DNA from: Acidobacteriota bacterium | GTDB lineage: Bacteria > Acidobacteriota > Vicinamibacteria > Vicinamibacterales > UBA2999 | Assembly (NCBI GenBank): GCA_016184455.1 | Contig: JACPCS010000104.1 | Location: 13,608 to 77,607 of the forward strand | Length of the DNA: 64,000 nt | Direction of reading: 5' to 3' | Shown here: one piece after another, positions 43,914 to 52,725 of the stretch | Layout of the letters: each line of letters begins with the position of its first letter | Position numbering within the stretch: the stretch's first letter is position 1 | Translations under genes and position numbers: made by a program | Notes under the pieces: model-generated | Databases searched by the model: none | What the model was told of the DNA's origin: nothing | What the model saw: the letters and a program-made list of their open reading frames with translations, nothing else

Positions 43914-46607
43914 ATGAGCGTCGACGTACGCAAAATGCCGCGCGCGGTCCACGAAGCGCTGGAATGGACAGCCACGGAAGCCGTCGAGCACATCCGTTCC
44001 GGCTCGATCACTGCCGAGCGCTATGCCTCGCAGCTCCTGGATCAATACCGCGCCACGACCCAGCTCTGCGCCATCACCTGGATTGACGAGAACCGCGTGC
44101 TCGAGAGTGCGCGGGCCGTCGATACGGCCCGTTCACAGGGACAGCGGCTCGGACCGGTAGCCGGCCTGCCGCTCGCGATCAAAGACAACCTCAACACGGT
44201 CGGTTTCCCCACGACGGGCGGGACAGACGCGCTGAGAAACTTCTATCCTCAACAAACCGCGCGTGTTGTCGAGAGCCTGTTTCAGGCCGGAGCCATCCTG
44301 TTGGGGAAGGCCAACATGGATGAACTGGGACGGAACTTCACGAACTCCAACGCGGTGTACGGCTTCGCGAAAAATCCGTACGACGTGACACGGGTGCCCG
44401 GTGGCGGCGCCGGTGGCACGGCCATCGCGGTGTCGGCCCGGATCACGCCGGCGGGTCTCGCCTCCGATACGGCCGGCTCCGCGCGCGTGCCCGCTTCATT
44501 CTGTGGCATCGCCGGTCTGCGCCCGTCCACCTCAGGGCGCATTCACGGTTGGACGTTCGGATCCTGGACCGCGTCGACGCTCGACGACGGGCTGTTCCCG
44601 ATCGCGTGGGCGGTTTCCACGCCGGCGCCGATGGGCCGTTCGGCCGCCGACGTCGCGCTGCTCGACGCCGTGGTCGCAGGCAGGACGCCGTCGCCGCCGA
44701 TCTCGGTGCGGGGCGTCCGTCTGGGTGTGCCGCGCGGCTTCTATTGGGAAGATCTCGATCCGGAAGTCGCACGCGTCTCGGAAGCGGCGCTCCTGAAGCT
44801 GCGCCAGGCGGGCGCGGTTCTGGTAGAGGTCAACCTCCGCGAATGGGGCCAGACCGCGCTCCCGACATTCCTCACGCTGGCCACCATGCGCGGCATGCGA
44901 GACGTGGTGGATTTCCTCGAGCATTACCGCACCAACGTGACGCTCGGTCAAGTCGTGGCGAGCATCCGGAGTCGAGACATTCGCGCGTTTACCGACCGGA
45001 TCATCGCGAACCCGGTACCGCCGGACGTGGCCGAAAACGCGGTGAAGACCCGTCTGAAGCTGGCAGCGGAGTACGAGAAGCTGTTCCGCGAGAGAAACCT
45101 TGCGGCGCTCGTCTATCCGACCGTGCCGGTTCAGCCGGTTCCAATCCGCCCGGAAGGCGACCAGCCTGGAGATACCATCGATTTGAACGGAAAGCAGGTC
45201 AATCAATTCCAGACCTTGCTGCGGAACACGCACGTGTCCGGCGTGATCGGCATTCCCTCGGTGAGCCTTCATGCGGGCATGTCGTCGTCCGGCCTGCCCG
45301 TGGGACTCACGTTGTCTGGTTTGGCCGATGACGATCGCCGGCTGCTCGGCCTCGCACAGGGCGTCGAAGCGGTGTTCGGCCGCGCCCCGGCTCCCACAGT
45401 TCGCGAGACCCCGGAAGGCAGGCTGAATGTGGTTGGGGCCGCCCGGCCGGCACCTCCACCCTCATCGCCGCCACGGGCACGGCCCGGCGCGCCACCGGCG
45501 GTCCCCCAGGCAACGTCTGGCGCGATGGACAGTCTCGACCGCATCCTCACGCTGCTGAAGCAATCGGCGTATCTGAACTTGGTCGGTATCTTCGACGTGC
45601 CGGATCCCGAGCGCTCCGGGGCGTTTACGGCGAGAGCGCCTCTGAATCGGTATGCGATTGATTTCCGAATTGATGGGTGCGGGACCGGAATGGGCTCGGT
45701 GAACCTGAACGGGGATGTGTGCGGCCATGCGTGTCTGAACTGGACCTTTCCGCAGGCTGGCGCCGCCCAGGCGGGAGGGAACGGCCGGAGGTTCACCGTC
45801 GACGACGTGTTCGTGCTCGACGATGATTCGCGAAGTCAGTTTCGCGGTGCGGGCTCAGGTCGCGTGGCCCGGTCGCGATTTGGCGACGGCGGCCTCGGTG
45901 TGGAAGCGAACGGCAACATAGTCGAGGGTACCGGCGTCTTTGCCGGTGTCCAGGGCTCGTACGTGCTCACTGGCCACATTGCCGGGTCGAGGCTGCACAT
46001 TCATTTCACCGTGCGGCTGATGGATCCGACCGGCGTGTATCAGACCACGTCGGAGCTGCTCCCGCGGGATGGAACGCAGCCTGCCGACCGTCTGCTCACC
46101 AAATTAGCGGTCTTGGGAGAAGCCGACCCGGATCACCCTGTGCAATTGACGCCGACCGGCGCAACCGTCCACGAGTTGCTGCGCGCGGTGCATACGGAGT
46201 TCGACTACAAGGGCGACAAACTCGAGGCGACAATTGGCGTGGGGCCGATCGTTGCGCGCTGGCGGACCGACGTGCTCTTCAATCCAGCCGATCCCAATGC
46301 CCCAGGTACACCCGACCGGCCCCTGGCGGTGAAACTGGAGAACATCAGAATCGACTTCCTCGACCAGTCGATGGGCAGCCTGGAGGCGAGCATGCCGCAT
46401 GGTCTGGGATTCGCCATGCAGTTTCCAGGCGTGTCAGGCCCGCTGTTTCGGATGACGGGCTTCGGACCAATCGGGCCGGGGACCGGCCTCTTCCGCAGCG
46501 CCAGAGGCGCGCTGTCGATGCTCGGCGCGATCGACCTCGCGCCAGCCGCATTTTCCAACTATTACCTGCTGCACATCGTGGATCCCGACGGCCAGTTCCG
46601 TTGCTGA
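43914..46607 (+). CDS. Amidase-signature-like domain (GGSSGG replaced by GGGAGG) plus Pro-rich linker plus ~370-aa unknown C-terminal domain
   Basis: AS-family blocks are present: LPLAIKDN, GKANMDELG, PGGGAGGTAIAVSARITPAGLASDTAGSARVPASFCGIAGLRPS. The linker is ARPAPPPSSPPRARPGAPPAVP. I recognise no family for the C-terminal domain. Confidence 0.65.
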   Translation: MSVDVRKMPRAVHEALEWTATEAVEHIRSGSITAERYASQLLDQYRATTQLCAITWIDENRVLESARAVDTARSQGQRLGPVAGLPLAIKDNLNTVGFPTTGGTDALRNFYPQQTARVVESLFQAGAILLGKANMDELGRNFTNSNAVYGFAKNPYDVTRVPGGGAGGTAIAVSARITPAGLASDTAGSARVPASFCGIAGLRPSTSGRIHGWTFGSWTASTLDDGLFPIAWAVSTPAPMGRSAADVALLDAVVAGRTPSPPISVRGVRLGVPRGFYWEDLDPEVARVSEAALLKLRQAGAVLVEVNLREWGQTALPTFLTLATMRGMRDVVDFLEHYRTNVTLGQVVASIRSRDIRAFTDRIIANPVPPDVAENAVKTRLKLAAEYEKLFRERNLAALVYPTVPVQPVPIRPEGDQPGDTIDLNGKQVNQFQTLLRNTHVSGVIGIPSVSLHAGMSSSGLPVGLTLSGLADDDRRLLGLAQGVEAVFGRAPAPTVRETPEGRLNVVGAARPAPPPSSPPRARPGAPPAVPQATSGAMDSLDRILTLLKQSAYLNLVGIFDVPDPERSGAFTARAPLNRYAIDFRIDGCGTGMGSVNLNGDVCGHACLNWTFPQAGAAQAGGNGRRFTVDDVFVLDDDSRSQFRGAGSGRVARSRFGDGGLGVEANGNIVEGTGVFAGVQGSYVLTGHIAGSRLHIHFTVRLMDPTGVYQTTSELLPRDGTQPADRLLTKLAVLGEADPDHPVQLTPTGATVHELLRAVHTEFDYKGDKLEATIGVGPIVARWRTDVLFNPADPNAPGTPDRPLAVKLENIRIDFLDQSMGSLEASMPHGLGFAMQFPGVSGPLFRMTGFGPIGPGTGLFRSARGALSMLGAIDLAPAAFSNYYLLHIVDPDGQFRC

Positions 46608-46680
46608 CGGAACCGGCCGCACGTGCCGCCACGCCGGGAACAACAGACGCGAGCCTGCGGAGGGAGGACAGCCGGAGGGG

Positions 46681-47079
46681 TTAAAGGACCGCGATTGCCT
46701 CGATCTCGATCATGAGATCCGGATGAAAGAGGCTGGTGACACCCACGGCAGTCGCGGCGGGCTGGCAGCCCGCGGCCGCCAGTCGCGGCGCGTATGTCGG
46801 AGCCGCGTTGGCGAGAGCCGTCATGTCCGTCGTGTAGTAGTTCAGGCGGACGACATCCGCCAGCGTCAGGCCGGCTTCTTTGAGGACGACCTCGAGATTA
46901 TCGAGCGCCTGGTTGATCTGTCTGGGCATGTCGCGTGGATAGATCGGGTTGCCGTTGCCGTCCACTGACGTCTGCCCGGCGCAGTGGACGACGCGATGGC
47001 CGCCGCGGATCTCGATCGCCTGCGAGAACCCCAGCCGATCTTGCCAGGTCCACGGGTTCACCGCCGTCGTTTCTGCCAT
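46681..47079 (-). CDS. RidA/YjgF/TdcF-family protein
   Basis: Motifs VHCAGQTSVDGNGNP, INQALDNLEVVLKEAGLTLADVVRLNYY and a C-terminal IEIEAIAV. Confidence 0.8.
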   Translation of the reverse strand: MAETTAVNPWTWQDRLGFSQAIEIRGGHRVVHCAGQTSVDGNGNPIYPRDMPRQINQALDNLEVVLKEAGLTLADVVRLNYYTTDMTALANAAPTYAPRLAAAGCQPAATAVGVTSLFHPDLMIEIEAIAVL

Positions 47080-47109
47080 GGCGCGCTCCCTTCCCCGGGG
47101 CCCACTGGG

Positions 47110-48000
47110 TCACGCGGCCCGTGCGATGACCCGGCCGTAGCACACGTAGTCGTAGTGGGCGGCGAGCATCCCCTCGTAGTACCGCACGCCCCGCCGCACG
47201 GGTTCGTCGTTCTGCGGCAGCCGTTGCAGCTCGCCGAGACGGCGCTTGAGCCCCCGGTCGACCAAGTCGGTACGCTCTTCGGCCCGAAGCACCTGGAAGC
47301 CTGCCTCCTCCAAGAGGCGGCAGGTCTCGCCGAGCGAGATCTGGCGCCACACGTCAGGCTGATACAGGCCTCGGAACGCCGGCACTGCTTCGTACGCGTC
47401 GTTCAGGGTGCCGCGACGGCCTCTCAGCCAGTCATTGATGCCCAGCAGGGCTTTCGGCTTCAGGTGGGCGCGGGTTCGGCGGAGGGCGGTCAGCTTGTCC
47501 TCCCAATGACACATCGTCTCGTTGAAGTAGGCGGCGTCGAACCGTTGCGCACCGAGATCGAGCGCGCTCGCGTTCTGCTGTACGTATTCCACCAGATGCC
47601 CGACACCGTGGACGCGGGCCACCTCACGTGCGTTGGCAATCTGGAGCGGGCTCACGTCCACGCCGACGATTCGGCATCCGACCAACTTGGCCAGCAGGCG
47701 CGACGGGGCGCCGTTGCCTTCGCCGACGCTGAGGACGAGGCTGTCGCTCGTCAGATTGAGCGCCCTGAAGAGCGCGGTGATGCCGTCTTGGAGAAAGTGC
47801 GCGAGCGACTCCACGGCGAAGACCGCCGGGACGGGCATCCGCGGGTCCAGCCGGTATTGTGTGTAGATCGCCTGCAGTTCTTTCGCCCGGAGCACCATGA
47901 ACGGCCCGTCCGGGCGGTACGACTGGATCACCCGGTCGATCAGGTCGGCATCGCGGGCTGCTGCCGGCGAGCCGTCCGGACGCACGGCCTCAGTACGCAT
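47110..48000 (-). CDS. Class I SAM-dependent methyltransferase
   Basis: Motif I VLSVGEGNGAPSRLLA, post-I VGVDVS, and later FDAAYFNETMCHW. Confidence 0.75.
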   Translation of the reverse strand: MRTEAVRPDGSPAAARDADLIDRVIQSYRPDGPFMVLRAKELQAIYTQYRLDPRMPVPAVFAVESLAHFLQDGITALFRALNLTSDSLVLSVGEGNGAPSRLLAKLVGCRIVGVDVSPLQIANAREVARVHGVGHLVEYVQQNASALDLGAQRFDAAYFNETMCHWEDKLTALRRTRAHLKPKALLGINDWLRGRRGTLNDAYEAVPAFRGLYQPDVWRQISLGETCRLLEEAGFQVLRAEERTDLVDRGLKRRLGELQRLPQNDEPVRRGVRYYEGMLAAHYDYVCYGRVIARAA

Positions 48001-49729
48001 GCTGAGCCCTTTGTGCCGTGAACCGCGTCAACGCATCGCCCTGCTCGATTTCGTAGATCTGGTCGGCTGCAACCCGATCGAAATGCTGCCGCGTGCCATC
48101 GGGCCAGCGAATCTCGATCCGGTCCGCCTCGCGCGCATCGCCCAGCCCGGCGTGCACGCGCGTGGTGCTCTGCCCTTCGAAGCCGTTGCCGCCGTTGACG
48201 AACCGGAGGAGCGTCCGATCGCCGACCGTGACGCGCACCTGCGCGCCGATGGCCAGCCGGTTCACGCGCGGCGCACGGAGGACGAGTTCGATCCAGTGGC
48301 GCCGCGGCGCCACGTTCCGGTACAGGAACGGCGCGGCGTTCGCGTTGGACACGATCAGGTCCTGGCGGCCGTCATTGTCGAAATCGGCGACGCCGATGCC
48401 GCGGCCGTCGCGAATCGAGTCGAGGCCATGCCTCGCGGCTTCTTCGACGAACGACCCGCCGGCCACGTTGCGGAAGAGGCGCTTGTGCTGGTAGCCGCTG
48501 AGGCTCTTGCCCTTCATCGGCGGCCAGTTCCGCACGTCCGCGAGGTCCACGTTTGGCTGGACGATCATGGCGAGAATGTCCGGCGCGTAGCTCTCCGGCC
48601 CCGCCGAGACCCACCCGTTCATCACGTAGAGATCCAGCCAGCCGTCGTTGTCGTAATCGAAGAACTGCGCGCCCCACGCCCATCCGGTCTCGAAGGTGCC
48701 CGTCTCCCGCGATACGTCGGTGAACGTCAGGTCGCCGTTGTTGCGCCAGAGGAAGTTCCCCTCCCGCATGAAGTCGTCCGTGATGTTGGTCACGTAGACG
48801 TCCAGGCGCCCGTCGCCATCGAAATCACCCCACTCGGCGTTCATCCCCTTCTTGGTGTCGATGCCGATCGCGCGCTCCGTCAGGTCGGTGAACGTGCCGT
48901 CGCCGTTGTTCACGAAGAAGCGGTCGGTACCGAAGTCGCATGCGACGTACAGGTCCTCGTCGCCGTCGTTGTCCGCATCGGCGTGCCCGAGGTCGAGCGT
49001 CCACCCCCCCATCTCGAGGCCCACCCGCTTGGTCACGTCGGCGAACGTTCCGTTGCCTCGGTTCCGGAACACGATTACGCCGCCGCCGTTGTTGGCCGTC
49101 TCCAGGCTTTCGGGGAAGAAGCGGGGTGTGGGTGGATCGAACAGGTCGATCGGCGCGAAATAGCTGCCGACGAACAGGTCGACGAAGCCGTCGCGATCGT
49201 AGTCGAATGCCACCGCGGCGACTGCATTCAGGTATCCGGTCAGCCCGGCGGCGTGCGTGACCTCTTCGAAGCGCCCGTTGCCGAGGTTCCGGAAGAGCTG
49301 ACTGCGGCCGAAGCGGACGACGAAGAGGTCGGGGGCACTGTCGTTGTTGTAGTCGAACCAGAGCGCGTCGGCCGAGGCGTTGACGCGGTCGTTGCCGTCT
49401 GCCACGCCGGCCCGGGCGGCGACGTCGGTGAATGTGAGGTCGCCGTTGTTCCGGTAGAGGACATTCTTGCCGTCCGCGCTCGAGCTGGTCAGAAAGATGT
49501 CCTCGAATCCATCCCGGTCGAAATCGGCCACGGCAGCGGCGGCGCCGAGCGCCGTATTGCCACCGAGAATCTCGGCGTACCGGTTCTCGAACGCGCGGCT
49601 CCGGTGGACCGCCGTAATCCGCGCCGCGGCGGTGATGTCCTCGAACCATCGGACGTCGGCATACGGACGGGTGGCGAACAGCAGTGCGCTCAGGATGGCC
49701 CCACAGATTGTCGGCCTCACGGCAGCCAC
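47990..49729 (-). CDS. CRTAC1-family protein, copy c
   Basis: Repeats ADFDRDGFEDIF, FDYNNDSAPDLF, FDYDRDGFVDLF, DADNDGDEDLY, GDFDGDGRLDVY, FDYDNDGWLDLY. The C-terminal NRLAIGAQVRV...NGGNGFEGQS..IRWPDG is ASPIC/UnbV-like. Confidence 0.8.
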   Translation of the reverse strand: MAAVRPTICGAILSALLFATRPYADVRWFEDITAAARITAVHRSRAFENRYAEILGGNTALGAAAAVADFDRDGFEDIFLTSSSADGKNVLYRNNGDLTFTDVAARAGVADGNDRVNASADALWFDYNNDSAPDLFVVRFGRSQLFRNLGNGRFEEVTHAAGLTGYLNAVAAVAFDYDRDGFVDLFVGSYFAPIDLFDPPTPRFFPESLETANNGGGVIVFRNRGNGTFADVTKRVGLEMGGWTLDLGHADADNDGDEDLYVACDFGTDRFFVNNGDGTFTDLTERAIGIDTKKGMNAEWGDFDGDGRLDVYVTNITDDFMREGNFLWRNNGDLTFTDVSRETGTFETGWAWGAQFFDYDNDGWLDLYVMNGWVSAGPESYAPDILAMIVQPNVDLADVRNWPPMKGKSLSGYQHKRLFRNVAGGSFVEEAARHGLDSIRDGRGIGVADFDNDGRQDLIVSNANAAPFLYRNVAPRRHWIELVLRAPRVNRLAIGAQVRVTVGDRTLLRFVNGGNGFEGQSTTRVHAGLGDAREADRIEIRWPDGTRQHFDRVAADQIYEIEQGDALTRFTAQRAQHAY

Positions 49730-52140
49730 TCCCGCGGGGCCCGATAGTGTTTCTCGACGACCGCGTGCCGGCCTTCGACGATCTCGACGATGCGGTCGGC
49801 GGCCAGCCCGCGAAACGTCTGCACGCCCGAGCGTGGCCAGCGCACGACAAGCTCGTCAACCGTCCCGGACGTCCCCAGACCGAAGTACTGACGCAGCGAG
49901 CTCTGCGACCCGTACCCGTCTCCTAGGACGACCTGTCGAATCTGACGGGCTCCTCCCGCCCGCACCGCGATGTGGGCCCCCACTGCATCGCGGTTGGTGC
50001 GTGTGCCCACCAGCTCGATGCCGAGCCAATGGCCCGCGGCCGCAGCCGTGTTCTTCAGCAACGCGTGGCGGTCGTTCGACGCGGCCACGGCGATGTCGAG
50101 CCGTCCGCGGTTCCAGAAATCCGCCACCGCGACGCCGCGGCTGTTCAGCAGGAGGTCGGAGCCGGTGGCGTGGCCGATCTCGGTGAACGTGCCATCGCCG
50201 TTGTTCCGCAGGTAACGGTTCCGCTCCCACCCATGCCACGACGCGCCTCCGAACCGGCTCACGTCGAACAACGCCCCCGTCTTGTAGTCGGCCTGTCGCG
50301 ACATGACGTCCCACAGGAACTCGAGCTCAATCTCGGAGTCGCGGTCGTTGTAGATCCAGCCGTCCGCGGCGTAGATGTCCTGCCAGGTGTCGTTGTCGAA
50401 ATCGGCGAATGCCGCGCCCCAGAACCAGCCCGGCGGGTTCGCGCGGGCCTTCAGCGTGACGTCCTCGAACGTGCCGTCGCCGTTGTTCCGGAGCAGGGTG
50501 TTGCCGGACGCCATCTTCCGGAACACGCCCGTGACGCCGAGCCCCGATTGCCGGAACATCTCAACGTACAGCGACATGTCCGTCGTCCACACGCCCTGCC
50601 GGACCGAGGTCAACATGTAACGAAAGACCAACGGCGGTTCGGCCAGCCACGCGCTGTCGGATCGGATGTCGGTCGTGTACAAGTCGAGACGTCCGTCGTT
50701 GTCGTAGTCGGCCACCGAGGCGTTCATCCCTGCGCCATACGCGAGCGTGTTGCTCTCGACCGTGACGTCAGTGAACGTGCCGTCGCGGTTGTTGTGATAG
50801 AGCGTGCTGCGGCCGAAGTCGTTCACGACGTACAGATCGAGGAAGCCGTCGTCGTCGTAGTCGCCCCAGGCGGTGCCGAGGCACAGTCCCGACTCGCCGA
50901 CGCCGGCGCGCACCGTCACGTTGGTAAACGTGCCGTCTCCGTTGTTGCGGTACAGCTGATTCGGCTCGCCGTTTCGCGCGTAGAAGAACGTCGTCGGCGG
51001 CCGCAGCCGAGGATCCAGATAGCGCCCGACGTACAGGTCCAGGAAGCCGTCGTTGTCGTAGTCGGCCCACGATGCGGCCGTCGTGCAGCAGTCCTCGCCG
51101 ATGCCCGCGGCCGCTGTCACGTCCTCGAAGGTGCCGTCGCCGCGGTTGTGAAAGAGCTGGTTCGCCCGGAAGGTGCGACTGACGAAGGCGTCCTTCAAGC
51201 CGTCGTTGTCGTAGTCGGCGAACACGGCCACGCTGACGCCATCGAGGCCGGCCAGGCCGACGCGCGTCGTGACGTCCTCGAACGTGCCGTCGCCGCGGTT
51301 CCGAAGCAGCCGCGACTCGACGCCATCGGGGATGAATAGATCGTACCAGCCGTCGTGGTCGTAATCGACGGCCGTGATGCCGCCCGGGCCATGGCGGATC
51401 GTGCCGAACTTCATCGGCTGATCGAGAAACGGCGGATAGTACCGATGCCGAAACGCGACGCCGGCGGCGGGCGCCACATCCTCGAACATCGGCGCCTCGC
51501 TCGTCAGGCGTTCCCCGTCCAGGAGCGCCGCTGCGGCGATGCGCGGCCGACCGGCCGGACCGTCGACGCGTACGAGCAGGCGGGCGCGATCGATCGAGCT
51601 CCGGGCGGCCCCGCGCAGCCGCCCGATCAGCTCGAAGCGAGCCGTCGCCACCGCGGGTCCGGCTGCCTGCCAGCGCTCGATCCGATCGACCTCGAACCGG
51701 ACCTCGTCGATCGCTTCGAACTGCGCGAAGTACGCCGACCACTCTCGAAGCGCCTCCGTACGACTCGTGCGCGCGCTGCCCGCGCGAAGACGAAAGTGCG
51801 TGACGCCTCCACGCGTGCCGCTGGCCGCAATCTGCGTGAGCCCCAGTTGGGTGCCGGAGTACGAGTCGGCGAACGATGCCGCAAACGCTGCCGCATCAGA
51901 CTGACGCGCCGCGCGCGCGGCGTCGCGCAACAGCCGCTCGAAACCCTGTCCGACCGCAAAGAACGCCCGCGCGCGCGAATCGACCAGTGCCGCGCCACCG
52001 GTCACGGCCAGGACCACGCACGCCAGGCCGATGGATGCCTCGAGGAGCACGCGCGCCTGGTCGGACCGCGTCCGGAACCGCGGCGCAGCCGCCGGCAATG
52101 CCGGCGCCGACACCGCGATGTCGGAGCGAGCGACTCGCAC
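49717..52140 (-). CDS. CRTAC1-family protein, copy d, with an N-terminal TM anchor and an extra ~200-aa domain
   Basis: The TM segment is IGLACVVLAVTGGAAL. An NTF2-like-looking segment follows (weak). Repeats VDYDHDGWYDLF, ADYDNDGLKDAF, ADYDNDGFLDLY, GDYDDDGFLDLY follow. The C-terminal NRDAVGAHIAV..LGDGYGSQSS..VRWPRSG is ASPIC/UnbV-like. Confidence 0.75.
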   Translation of the reverse strand: MRVARSDIAVSAPALPAAAPRFRTRSDQARVLLEASIGLACVVLAVTGGAALVDSRARAFFAVGQGFERLLRDAARAARQSDAAAFAASFADSYSGTQLGLTQIAASGTRGGVTHFRLRAGSARTSRTEALREWSAYFAQFEAIDEVRFEVDRIERWQAAGPAVATARFELIGRLRGAARSSIDRARLLVRVDGPAGRPRIAAAALLDGERLTSEAPMFEDVAPAAGVAFRHRYYPPFLDQPMKFGTIRHGPGGITAVDYDHDGWYDLFIPDGVESRLLRNRGDGTFEDVTTRVGLAGLDGVSVAVFADYDNDGLKDAFVSRTFRANQLFHNRGDGTFEDVTAAAGIGEDCCTTAASWADYDNDGFLDLYVGRYLDPRLRPPTTFFYARNGEPNQLYRNNGDGTFTNVTVRAGVGESGLCLGTAWGDYDDDGFLDLYVVNDFGRSTLYHNNRDGTFTDVTVESNTLAYGAGMNASVADYDNDGRLDLYTTDIRSDSAWLAEPPLVFRYMLTSVRQGVWTTDMSLYVEMFRQSGLGVTGVFRKMASGNTLLRNNGDGTFEDVTLKARANPPGWFWGAAFADFDNDTWQDIYAADGWIYNDRDSEIELEFLWDVMSRQADYKTGALFDVSRFGGASWHGWERNRYLRNNGDGTFTEIGHATGSDLLLNSRGVAVADFWNRGRLDIAVAASNDRHALLKNTAAAAGHWLGIELVGTRTNRDAVGAHIAVRAGGARQIRQVVLGDGYGSQSSLRQYFGLGTSGTVDELVVRWPRSGVQTFRGLAADRIVEIVEGRHAVVEKHYRAPREWLP

Positions 52141-52233
52141 AGCCCGTTAGACAGCGTTCAGGTGCGGATTTGCGGCGTCGTGCCGGCCTCGGCCGGCCCA
52201 CGTGCGGGTCGTACAGGGTGGCGACGCCCCGCG

Positions 52234-52725
52234 TCACGCGCCAGCAGCCGACGTCTCCTCGGCGGTCTCCCGCCCCGCCGCCCAGCTGACGAGGAGCTTG
52301 TCCACGTAGGCGAGCACGGTGTGGCCGCTCTGATTGAGCACCTTCGTGTCGAAGAGCAGGAGCCCCCGGCCGGCGGACATCTCGCGCCGCTCGATCACCC
52401 GCTTGGTGACAGTGAGCGTGTCGCCGACGAACACGGGCTGCGTAAACCGCAGGTGATCGACCCCGACGAACGCGATCACGATGTCGTTCACGAGGTTCAT
52501 CTGTGCGCTGAGGCCCGTTGAAATGCCGAAGACGAGGGCGCCGTGCGCGACGCGACGGCCATAGAGGCTCCTGGCGGCGTGCACCTCGCTCACGTGCAGC
52601 TCCATGTAGTCGCCCGAGAGCCCGGCAAAGTTGACGACGTCGGTCTCGGTGATGGTACGGCTCCGTGATCGGAACAGGGTGCCGGGCGCGAGGATGTCGA
52701 ACGCGGGTCCGCGGCTGGTCGTCAT
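52234..52725 (-). CDS. MaoC-like (R)-specific hot-dog dehydratase
   Basis: ITETDVVNFAGLSGDYMELHVSEVHAA......GRRVAHGALVFGISTGL shows the MaoC_dehydratas pattern. It has an ATGA overlap with the upstream gene. Confidence 0.75.
   Translation of the reverse strand: MTTSRGPAFDILAPGTLFRSRSRTITETDVVNFAGLSGDYMELHVSEVHAARSLYGRRVAHGALVFGISTGLSAQMNLVNDIVIAFVGVDHLRFTQPVFVGDTLTVTKRVIERREMSAGRGLLLFDTKVLNQSGHTVLAYVDKLLVSWAAGRETAEETSAAGA

Noticed and set aside
43332-44045. 237-aa minus-strand ORF
   Set aside because: It is antisense to the well-supported SnoaL-like gene and the amidase 5' end. It has low-complexity composition and no motifs.
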